From NCBI GenBank assembly GCA_965153285.1, contig OZ229114.1: a stretch of DNA of 64,000 nucleotides. The stretch is one strand, 5' to 3'. Each line of letters starts with the position of its first letter. Position 1 is the first letter of the stretch. This document shows positions 13,101-22,609 of this stretch, piece after piece. Origin of the DNA: Podarcis tiliguerta (Eukaryota). Under the pieces are notes generated by a model. It had not been told where the DNA came from. It saw only the letters and a program-made list of their open reading frames with translations, and did not search any database. The translations under genes and the position numbers were made by a program.

Positions 13101-16100
13101 TGCAGCTACAGCCAGTGAGTGGCTTCTCCCTGTCCCTGCCTACAGGTGTGAATGCATGCCCGGCTTTGTGGGAGATAATTGCAGTGTAGACTATGACGAC
13201 TGCCTAGACCATCGCTGCCAGAACAACGCCAAGTGCTTTGATGAGCCAAATGGATATTCCTGCCTTTGTACTGGAGGCTACAGGTAAGGTTGTGAGATGG
13301 GCAGGAGTATATACCAGTTCATCTCATTCTAAGCTACCTGCAAATCTCAACACCTGGGATTGCCCTCTACTGGAAGAGTCCCTCTTCCACGAGGCTGGCT
13401 GGGAGAAAGAGGTACAACAAAAAGAGTGACCAGTTGTTACCAGAAGTGTCAAACAGTGATCAGTTTTAAGAGCCTGGCTGTTTCCAGAGTTGTTTGACTG
13501 CGCTTATGAGATTAAAAGAATGCATCTCACATTTGCTGGGACTTTGTACCACACAAGGAGTTACATGCCTCGTGTGAATTGCTCTGCCCACCAAGGAGAC
13601 GAGACAAGTTGTTCTGAACATCCTGGCAAAAGTAGTTCCTGTATATAGGGAAGTAATGTACAGAGATATGCGACATAGCTCTGTCCTGCAGCTGAGGTCA
13701 GCTTAAAACACTTGGGGCACATGCCCATGATATAAGCCTGCATAAATGTAGAATGCCTCTGAGCAAATTAAGAGGGTGGCAGGGCCAGCTCACCCATGAG
13801 ACAAGGTGAGGCAAATGCCTCAGGTGGCCGGATCCACTGGGCAGTGGATTCAGCCTCAAAGGGATGCTGTGGTGGCAGCAGCAGCTATGGTGTACTCCTT
13901 GGAGGGCAGATCTCCTCAACAGCCCCCCCCCCCACATGCCACCTCTACAGTGACTAGGGAGAAAATGGTGGGGGCTGCCCTCTGGGCATGATTCAGAGTG
14001 AGCTCCCCCCCCCCACACACACACACAATGGCCTTTGATTCCCACTTCAACCATCCAGTAAGGTTGACTTGATACTCTCTATGTTCCTGCTGTAGATCTT
14101 CACTCACCCTTTCTTCCCTGGTTGCGTGGGGGAGCACACCATTTTGTGGTTCACCTCAGGTGCTAAAATGTATTGGGCTGGCCCTGTCTCCTGGACCACC
14201 CCATAACGACACCCCTGGCCAAAGATATTCTGGTTTCTTTATGGGTGAAGAAGCAGAAGAAGCAAACTGAGTAAAGTGTGTCAGTCTTCCCTTGGGATTC
14301 AGGGCGGTATGATGACTTGTATGTCACTTGAGTATTTGCCTTGTCCCATTCACTTGATGCCCCAGTGCAGTGAACTGAAGTGCTTTTAGTGTGCAGGCAC
14401 AAACAGGGACCAGGAAAGATCATGGCTCAACACACATGCATGTGATTCCAGGCACATTTTACTCAACCTCTGGGAAGAGGAAGATCAGAGGAGAGGGCAC
14501 ACTGCCTTAAAACTGTATGAGTGCCACAGGGTCCAGCTGTGGTCCTGCTAAGACCCTGTGGTGTTATCCCCAAGTTGCCTCCTGCAATTTGTGCCTTGTT
14601 GTGTTCTCACTCTTATCATAGTGGCCAGCTCTGTGAGATTCCACCCCATGGCTCCCTCCAACCCAGCCCATGCGAGAGGGCAGAATGCCAGAATGGTGCC
14701 AACTGTGTGGAGCTAGGCAGTCGTGCCTTATGCCAGTGCCTTCCTGGCTTTGGGGGGCCCAAATGTGAGAAGCTGCTGAGTGTCAACTTTGTGGACAGGG
14801 ACACGTACCTCCAGTTCACTGACCTGCAAAACTGGCCCAGCGCCAACATCACTTTGCAGGTAAGTGTTGATGAGCAAGGCTGCCGCCTCCGCTACCCCAA
14901 GAGCGGGCATCTGCCCACACTCTTCATCCGTGCCATTTGTGGGACTGGTTGGATTGTAGAATTAATGTTTCTGCCCCTTGCTTGTTCATTCCCTCGTTCT
15001 CTGCAGGTCTCCACGGCTGAAGACAATGGGATCCTCTTATATAATGGGGACACTGACCACATGGCGGTGGAGCTGTACCAAGGCCATGTGCGCGTCAGCT
15101 ATGATCCAGGCACCTACCCCAGCTCTGCCATTTACAGGTAGCCCTCTGCCTTTGGCTTCTCCTTCCAGCTCAGAGTTACCCCCAGTCATTGAGCAAAGCT
15201 GTACATTGACCATGAAGGCAAAAGGAAGGGTTTGGGGGTCTGGATCGTGGGGAGTTAGTGCAGAAGTGACAGGGAACACGAGGCAAAGTGGATATGGGTG
15301 CTGCACTTCCATGCTGGATGGGTGCAGATGGCTGTGGATGCCAGATATCAGGCCCAAGGTTGGGTGCCACCAGCCTTTCCCATCCCACACCTCCCTTCTC
15401 TCCCTAGTGCAGAGACCATCAATGACGGGCAGTTCCACACTGTAGAGCTGGTGACCTTTGAGCGGATGGTAAACCTCTCCATCGATGGAGGAGACCCCAT
15501 GACCATGGACGGCTTTGGCAAGGCCCACACGCTGAACTCTGAGGCTCCACTCTATGTTGGGGGTAGGACTGTGACTTGGGCCCAATCCAGTTGGGGAGAA
15601 GGGGGTGAGAGAGGCTGGTATCTCTGTCACCTACATGCTTGCACCTGGAGGGCAGTAACTGAACGGAGAAATCCTTCACTCTTCTTAGCTCATGTCCATT
15701 GGGTAGTATTGATGCAAGAGGAATGTTTCTGTTCAGTTCTCTCCAGGGTGGGGTGTCTGAGCTCATACTGCAAGAGCCAAGTGCCAAACTGAGGAGGAGT
15801 GATGGGCGCTGTGGGAGAGGGGAGAGAAACGGAAGAAGGTGGCTCTTAACATTCCACACAGCATTCCAGAATAAGGAATGCTCTTTTCCTTCCACCAGCA
15901 CCATCTCTCTTTGCCCCTTGCTCTTCCCTCCTCTTCCTGCCCCTTACCTTGCTGTTCTTGCTCTCCCCTCCGCAGGGATGCCCGTGGATGTGAACTCTGC
16001 CGCCTTCCGCCTCTGGCAGATCCTGAATGGCTCCAGCTTCCATGGCTGCATCCGCAACCTCTACATCAACAACGAGCTGCAGGACTTCACTAAGACGCAG

Positions 16101-17970
16101 ATGAAGCCGGGGGTGGTGCCCGGCTGTGAGCCTTGCCGCAAGCTCTACTGCCTGCATGGCATTTGCCAACCCAACACCCCTCATGGCCCCATTTGCCACT
16201 GTGATCCAGGCTGGGTCGGGCCCCATTGCGACCAGCCCGTTAGCAACCCCTGCCAGGGCCACAAGTGAGTACACAGCAGCAGAATCCCCCTCCACCCTTT
16301 CCTTGTGGGCTTCTTCTCTCACTGCAATGCTGTGTGCAAGATGGAGAGCGTGTGGGGAGGGACTGCAGCTCAGTGGGATTGCAGCTCCCTGTGTTCCTAA
16401 GTGTGACTGGAACTGCATCTTGTGGGCTCTGATTTTGCCTCTCCTGTTTGCTCATCTCTGATGAGGCAGGGCAGGCAGGGCATTTATGACTGTAGCAACA
16501 AAAGCAGAAATTAGTTGTCTCTAAAGCCCAGCACAGGGGCATAGGTTTGGGAACAGCGTTCAAGAACAGCACATACCAAATACCAACTCCTCCTTCACCT
16601 TTAAAGCAGCCTCAATAAAGCTGTACTTGTGTGTTTGGAGGATAAGGAAAGCTGGGGAGTCAGTGAGAACGCTCCTCCTCTCTCACTTCTTTGTATTTCT
16701 AAGATGATGTTGGAGAAGCCAGGGGGCACAGAGAATCTTGCAGGTCCTTCCTATGTTAAATGCTGCTTCTAGAAGATGGTGGCCTAACTGCAACCTTTTG
16801 AATTCACCTATATTTAGCTTTATGTTTCACTCATTCTACAGGTGCGTCCATGGAATCTGCATGCCCCTTGATGCCCTCTCCTATAGTTGCCAGTGTCAGG
16901 ATGGCTACAAGGGAGCCTTGTGCAACCAGCAAGGGGAACTCCACAACCCATGCAAGAGCTTGCAGTGTGTTCATGGTCAGTGCCAGATCTCAGACACAGG
17001 CGAGGCCTTCTGTGAATGCAACGGGGGATTTGATGGCGACCTCTGTGACCAAGGTCAGGCACATCTCCCTTTCTTCCTTACATTCCCATGTGCCGCATAG
17101 CTAAGGCCCCCTGAGGGCCCTCCCCTGATAAGACGCCTGGGCCTCTACCTCAGCTGCCAGTATTGTGTTAAGCCAGGTATGCCCACCGTGGGCAGAAGAA
17201 ACCCCAGCCAGGGCGTCCTTAGATGCTATTTCTTGCCCAGCCTCTTCCCCTAGTAAGTTTTCTAACAACTGTAGACCCCCATCCCTTCTGTTGCACCAGC
17301 TATAAATGGGAATTTGAAATTCTGTGCTCCCACAAAACAGCCAGTGTTGTACATCCCAGTACAATATCATTGCACTCTTCTTCCAGACACTATGGCCACA
17401 ACTTTGGTAAGGGAGCATGAACAACTGAGCCACAAATTCTTGATTCCCTAACCCCACCCCACCCCCCGTCCTGCCTCTCTGTCCTCTCCTTCCATTGACA
17501 AAAAGCAAGACCAGTTTTGCAGGACCCCCTTCCAACCAGATAAGGGACAGATAAGATTTTTTTCTACCTGCCCCTAACCATTCAAAAGGCAAGATCATTC
17601 ATCATAGTATGCTTATAGAATGCCCAGTTTTTTGAGTTGACCTTCACCAGAACCCCAAGCATGATGTATAATGAAGGCTTTCTCAGAGGAGCCTCCTTGC
17701 CTGACTTCCCTCTTCCTAATGTTTTCCCTAGAGTCGGAGTGTCGGGGTGAGGCCGTGCGAGACTTCCACCAGGTCCAGCGAGGCTACGCCATTTGCCAGA
17801 CAACCCGGCCTGTCTCCTGGGTGGAGTGCCGGGGATCGTGCCCAGGGCCAGGATGCTGTGCAGGACTGCGCCTCAAGCGCAGGAAATACACCTTTGAGTG
17901 CAGTGATGGCTCTTCCTTTGTGGAGGAGGTGGAAAAACCCAGCAAATGCGGCTGTTCCCAGTGCATGTAG
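977..17970 (+). CDS. SLIT1: Slit guidance ligand 1, 3' part (17 coding exons; 5' exons lie upstream of the window)
   Basis: Exons 977-1109, 1736-1804, 3694-3765, 5179-5250, 5732-5803, 7213-7376, 8420-8544, 9168-9265, 11857-11996, 12899-12992, 13146-13283, 14622-14859, 15007-15137, 15408-15562, 15976-16264, 16842-17053, 17732-17970. All have AG/GT ends and consistent phases and join into one frame: LRR4, 6 EGF, LamG, 3 EGF, cystine knot. The LamG sequence [37 protein letters not shown] is SLIT1-type, and the LCOR neighbour fits known synteny. Confidence 0.97.
1736..1804 (+). CDS. SLIT1: SLIT1 exon: LRR (69 bp)
   Basis: [23 protein letters not shown]; tgcag|C ... GT|gtaagt. Confidence 0.95.
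2326..2395. repeat. Perfect 34-bp tandem duplication
   Basis: ttgagaggaggcataggacctgaattacataaaa at 2326-2359 and 2360-2393. Confidence 0.95.
3498..3634. mobile_element. Short MITE, hAT-like
   Basis: TIR tataccctccaa / ttggagggtctg (10/12). Subterminal aaataggga motif repeated, with a further copy near 3313. No clean TSD. Confidence 0.6.
3694..3765 (+). CDS. SLIT1: SLIT1 exon: LRR (72 bp)
   Basis: [24 protein letters not shown]; tacag|G ... CT|gtgagt. Confidence 0.95.
5179..5250 (+). CDS. SLIT1: SLIT1 exon: LRR (72 bp)
   Basis: [24 protein letters not shown]; ctcag|G ... CT|gtaggt. Confidence 0.95.
5732..5803 (+). CDS. SLIT1: SLIT1 exon: LRR (72 bp)
   Basis: [24 protein letters not shown]; cacag|G ... 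CT|gtgagt. Confidence 0.95.
6783..7026. mobile_element. Tc1/mariner-type MITE
   Basis: TA|cagtggtatctcgggtta ... taacccgaggtagtactg|ca (15/18 TIR). Internal ttcttaacctga repeats. Confidence 0.85.
7213..7376 (+). CDS. SLIT1: SLIT1 exon: LRRCT of domain 4
   Basis: [54 protein letters not shown]; cacag|A ... G|gtaagt. Confidence 0.95.
7975..8134 (-). mobile_element. Degenerate tRNA-derived squamate SINE (Squam3-like)
   Basis: Minus strand has A-box-like tagctcagtgctgg and B box ggttcaatccc, with the gcatgcagaa core between them. Confidence 0.6.
8420..8544 (+). CDS. SLIT1: SLIT1 exon: EGF1
   Basis: [41 protein letters not shown]; tgcag|GG ... AAG|gtgaga. Confidence 0.95.
9168..9265 (+). CDS. 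SLIT1: SLIT1 exon: EGF2
   Basis: [33 protein letters not shown]; tccag|GGC ... AC|gtgagt. Confidence 0.93.
11446..11534. mobile_element. 89-bp hAT MITE
   Basis: TIR catagctgtcaacttttccc / gggaaagttgacagctata. Perfect 8-bp TSD CTCCAAGT at 11438-11445 and 11535-11542. Confidence 0.92.
11857..11996 (+). CDS. SLIT1: SLIT1 exon: end of EGF2 plus EGF3
   Basis: [46 protein letters not shown]; gacag|G ... G|gtaggg. Confidence 0.93.
12507..12745. mobile_element. hAT MITE (TAGGGTTGCCA-type)
   Basis: Starts tagggttgccatacgtc with an internal inverted copy gacgtatggcagccc. TSD ccataaga / ccataagt (7/8). Confidence 0.75.
12899..12992 (+). CDS. SLIT1: SLIT1 exon: EGF4
   Basis: [31 protein letters not shown]; tgcag|GG ... 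AA|gtgagt. Confidence 0.93.
13146..13283 (+). CDS. SLIT1: SLIT1 exon: EGF5
   Basis: [46 protein letters not shown]; tacag|G ... AG|gtaagg. Confidence 0.94.
14622..14859 (+). CDS. SLIT1: SLIT1 exon: EGF5/6 linker, EGF6, start of LamG
   Basis: [28 protein letters not shown]...[10 protein letters not shown]; catag|T ... CAG|gtaagt. Confidence 0.95.
15007..15137 (+). CDS. SLIT1: SLIT1 exon: LamG
   Basis: [44 protein letters not shown]; tgcag|GTC ... AG|gtagcc. Confidence 0.95.
15408..15562 (+). CDS. SLIT1: SLIT1 exon: LamG
   Basis: [51 protein letters not shown]; cctag|T ... G|gtagga. Confidence 0.95.
15976..16264 (+). CDS. SLIT1: SLIT1 exon: end of LamG plus EGF7
   Basis: [37 protein letters not shown]...PCQGHK; cgcag|GG ... 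AA|gtgagt. Confidence 0.95.
16842..17053 (+). CDS. SLIT1: SLIT1 exon: EGF8-9
   Basis: [29 protein letters not shown]...GFDGDLCDQ; tacag|G ... G|gtcagg. Confidence 0.95.
17732..17970 (+). CDS. SLIT1: SLIT1 terminal coding exon: C-terminal cystine knot
   Basis: [50 protein letters not shown] at 17968-17970; cctag|AG. Confidence 0.96.
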
Positions 17971-20900
17971 CCTCCAGCAAGGGACAGGCCGGAGCCAGAG
18001 ACAAGTGGGCCAGGCCTGCCCTGACAGAGGCCTTGGGAACACCCTTGCCATCTCCTCTTGCCCCTGTTGCTGCTTGGGTGGGGCAGGGCTCTCAGTTTGG
18101 CAACGGAGCATCTCCTTTGGCATGGTGACAATGGCTCTTCTGGATGGACCAGACAAAGGTGTAGATAGAAGACTTTTGCTGGGAAATCCAGCCCAACAGA
18201 TGTATTTATATCCAGCACAGACTCTATCTGGGGCCACTACTTGTGCACAATACGGATTCTTAGCAAGCCTGGCCATGCCTGTTTGTTTTGCCCAGGGTGG
18301 TGCCCTGAGAGGCCATGTCCACAGCTCATGCCTAGACACGGGATCCTGCCATTTCATATCTTGTCATTTTACCTGATGTTAGACCCTGCTATCCTGCACC
18401 ATGTCTGTCTTTTTTCTCCTTTTCTTTTGGCAGTTTTGTTTTTTCTCTTGTTCAATACCCACCTGTTCCTATTCCTACTGGCTGCTCGTTGCAACCTCAT
18501 CTTCTGTTTATAGGACTAAATTGCAAGTAATGCAGAGGCAGTGCCCGGGGCAAAGGCAGGAGGATTGTGTGCTGCAGAATTAGCAAAGTTAAAATCCCTT
18601 AGGTGAATGGGAAGCGTTTGTATGAACAGTTGCCTCCTATACCAGATGGTTGCAAGGTAATGGTGTTTAAAAACAGCTTAACCTTGGAGCTGCAGTCTGG
18701 TCTCAACTAATAGCAAAAAGGAGCCACACTTGCTCCACGTTGAATGATCCACCAGCATTAACAGGATTTACCACCACTTCCCTAATTTTGAAATCCTATA
18801 CTCACTTAGCTGGGAGTAAGCACCATTGAACACAATGAGACTTAACTGCCAAGTAAGCATGTGTAGGATCTTGTTGCATGAGGGCTGGAGAAACCTTGGC
18901 TAGCAGTCTTCCTGTTGTACCTCTGCTGGATGGGACAGGGAGACTTTCATGTCCCCAGTTATAATGCCAGCCATCTCATTGATTTGAGGGCAGCAACAGG
19001 GACAGACATAGTTTTCTCTGGTTCTGCCTAGATCACTGCCTTTCTACACCGCAAAATCTGTCTTCTGCCCAAATGCCATCTGGTTTGCTGTAATGAAAAG
19101 TCTGGATATTTTCAGAGTGGTGCCTGTTCTGCAACTCAACGTCTGTGAACTCGAGAATAATCATTTTCATACCCATCATGCTCACTTTCACCTGCCTTTT
19201 AGAACGGGAGGGGGGGAATGAATTGCATGTGTCTCTTGCACTCATTTTACTGTAGCATTACTCTTCATACGCCAGGCCCACCCACGAAGTACCGTTGCCC
19301 TCTTGTAATGGGTTGTGGGGTTGGGTATATCAGCCACCGCCTGCAATAAAAGCTGAAGCACAGGCTTCCAAAGCAAGTGCTATAGATTATTTGCTCAGGT
19401 GGGGTTAGGCCTGGGCCACAGCATCAGAAGAAATAAGATGGCTCTTTAAGATCTAGGCAGTTAAAATAAACTAAGCTGACAGTACCTTCTTTTGCTATGT
19501 TTCCAAATCCCTGTTTGATAGAGTTTTTATGCTAGACCCTGGACAATAGAGCTGCAAATTGGTCAAAGACACTTTTGATCTAACTTATTCTTGCAGAGAA
19601 AAAGTAGTTTGCACTTATCACCACTAGCTACTGACCAATAATTAGAAGTAAAACCATTAGAGTTGCGGGGGGTGGGGTGGGGGGAGAAACACCAAGCCAG
19701 ATTCCTTCAAATTCTGTACATGAAAAGTTATTATCTCTGATCTATATGCACTATGTTAATTAAGCAAATCTGAAGATTATTTGCAGAGTTTGCTCTGCTT
19801 CTCTTGGTTGGGAGGAGAAAAGAAATAGCACACAGAAGCTGCCATGTCCCAACCACTGGAAATGCTACTCACCCAGCCTGGGTTTTTGAGACTTCCATCA
19901 GACAGAGGCTTTAAAGTGTGTAGGAGACACTTGAAGGCTTGAAACAACTTTGTTCAAAAAAAATTGAGATGATATTCTCAGGATGCAGAATTTTCACCCA
20001 GTAGTCATGCCAGAATCCAGTTGCTGAGAAACAACGCGCTCTCCGGTACAAGCCTGGAGGCCTTGGCTGTACATGTGTTCTTGTTTCCAGGGCAACCTCA
20101 GCCAGATGCTTGTTCCCTGAAACTTATGGATCATGTTTCCTATGGTGGGGGGAAGTTTCCCTCCTAAAAGGTAGAGCTACTTGCCTGGAAGCATCTGGTA
20201 CATGTAATCTCAAGGTTGCAGGTTTCTAGGAGGTACATTGGATATGGGAGAAATAAAAGGGTAGCATCTCGGGATACCCCCTAGTATAAAACAATTGGTT
20301 ATTAGAAGCACAGGTTTTCAACTATACACTATATTATGGGTAAAACCAGCAGCAAGGAGGCTATCCTTTGCTCCTGCAGAGAATCAAATGGATGGCTAGT
20401 TGCAGGGGCTTCTACAGCGGCTCCCACCTTGTATCTCTCTGTGTGCGCTAGTCATGCAGAACCTGCTAACTCTTCCATTGCTGCAGGTTAAGAGACAGAA
20501 ACTACATGACAGCAGGGCATAAGTTGCCTTGCTAGTACTAAAAGCCTTGACTGGTGACTTTTGCAGACAGGTACAGCATGAAACTCTGTTAACATAACAG
20601 GATCTGTGGGGCCATTTAAATCTGCAGCCATTCTTTCATATTCTGGTTTTGCCATCTTAAGTATTTTTCATTTCTATTTATTATAGAAACCTCAAGAATG
20701 TTAAATGTATTTTTCTTCACACTGAGAATGTGCAGCTTTTAAACTTCCATTTGTAAGGTTCCTAAACAAGTTCAATTACACAAAATAAACTAATTAGGGT
20801 TTTTGGAATTTCTTATGACTTCACATTTCCGATTATAGCCATTACACGTATCGAACGGAAAGTATCGTATGTCAGATTTTTTTTAAACTGTGCCTGCCAC

Positions 20901-21700
20901 TGCAGTCCATATTTTGGTAATAAAGTAGATTATATTGGGTATTGTTTGGTAGCCATATGCTGCAGAGGGCAATGCTTGATGTTCACTGTTCATTTTGTCC
21001 GTCATGTACCAAAGTGAGTTTACACTTGCAATGTTATCTCAACCAAGTGGCAACACCTTCCACTTATCACCATACTTGAATGAAGATTGTACCAAGCTTT
21101 TGCTTGTTTACTGCTGGCTTTGAACCTCCCAGTGATCAGAACAAAGTGTTTTGGTGCCTACAGGGAGGGTAGCATCAACAACCCAATGGTGCAACCTTCA
21201 GGGGCAGCTCATGGAAAGGGTACTCAGCAATTGTGTGAAATGACGTCTTCTGTCACCTGTTGTAAGCTAACAGCTGAAGTAGGTTTTTATACATAATACT
21301 TAGATTCTTACATATATTAATATATTTGTATTTGGTATAGTATTTTTCTATGCTGTAAGGATGTCAGACAGCATTTCTCTGTTCTTGACAGGTGCTTCTC
21401 TGTCAGATGAAAACTGGCATCATTGGTTTTAGTAACTGAGGTTTGTGATTTTTGCCACGCTTTTAACGATCCGAGTTTATGATGACTCAAGTGAGGGAAC
21501 TCAAAATTGTCCCTCCTTTAGAAACAGCAGAATTGATTTAGTTGGTTTTTTTTTAAACTACCAGTGTTGTCGTCCATGTGAACATGACATTAATTTAGCC
21601 ACGTGGCTGGTCTTTTCTTTCCCCATAGAAAAATATAATAGGCTTGTCTCCCTCTCCCAGAACAATGGCCCAAATTAAACCTGCTGTTATTCAGTTTTCT
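17971..21700 (+). other. SLIT1: SLIT1 3' UTR (end uncertain)
   Basis: Follows the stop codon. Candidate polyA hexamers are AATAAA 19345-19350, AATAAA 20919-20924 and ATTAAA 21674-21679; U-rich blocks lie at about 20630-21360. Confidence 0.5.
18791..18870. mobile_element. About 80-bp palindromic squamate mini-element in the SLIT1 3' UTR
   Basis: atcctata..cttagctgggagtaag..cattgaacacaatg..cttaactgccaagtaagcatgtgtaggat. Relatives at about 38775-38848, 44720-44795, 46795-46865 and 63762-63838. Confidence 0.6.
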
Positions 21701-22609
21701 CAGAAAAGAAAATTAGAGGGTCACTTCAATACAGGTCATGGCACTTTTCTTTTTTTCAACAATCACACTTGAGAAGGGGACAGTCATCTCCTTCAGTTCT
21801 GTACTCTAGAAAAGTACTTGGTCCACAGCTTAAACACACCAAATTTTGCTCCTTAAGCAGCACTTGGACATAAAACAAACCACTAACTTGCAACTGGGTT
21901 TTAAAAGCCCCACTTCTGACAGGCTTAAACAACCCTTGGACCTTAGGCATGTAAGAGGAAGTGTGGCACTGACATGGGATTGGTATTCTATTTCTGAGGT
22001 AGCTGGACCTGTTTCAGACTTGCACTTGAGCTTCTAGGTGCTGCTCCCACCAACTGATTTTATCCAAATTCTCCCGTACCTCACAAATGAGAGGCTGGGT
22101 AGTAGCTTGCTCAGGAGAAGTGGGACATATTGAGCTACACCTTTGCTCTTGTATAGCCAGTGTGTGGCAATTAGGTAGGTGCAACCACACCTGGCTGGCA
22201 ATAGTGCCAAAATAGCGCCTCCTCACACACCCCGACAATGTGGTATCGAACCCAGCCTAAGCACGAAGAGCCAAGCACAGAGAAATGGGTCAACTAGGAG
22301 AGAAAGACTGGTGTCAAAAACAGTGCAGTGCCTACCTCTGCTGAAGCTAGGGCAATGACCGGGCTCTGAAGTTCCTACCCAAACTTTCTGGTTTCTTTTG
22401 GAGAGCCAGCCTGCTGTAGACCAGGTCAAAGACAACACCCACATGGGAGTGGTAGCTAACAAGGCAATCTTTCCATCTTCCAACAGTTCATTGTTTGGTG
22501 ACATCCTTCACAATTGTGTATATGTCCTGATAACTTCCAAAAGCAGCAATTGAGATGGCTCATCAACATGTCTCGTCTTTGCACATCAAACTATATCACA
22601 CCACACCAG

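Noticed and set aside
15037-16418. Antisense ORFs of 160-197 aa across the SLIT1 LamG exons
   Set aside because: They are typical reverse-strand shadows of GC3-rich exons and cross introns without splice logic.
17728-18376. Two 209-aa ORFs (alternative + frame and antisense) over the last SLIT1 exon and UTR
   Set aside because: These look like shadows of GC-rich coding sequence, with no recognisable domain. The + frame starts at GTG and would need a phase-0 donor skipping four exons.
21995-22002. let-7 8mer site (CTACCTCA) on the minus strand
   Set aside because: It lies beyond the candidate PALI1 polyA sites, so it is probably not in the mRNA.
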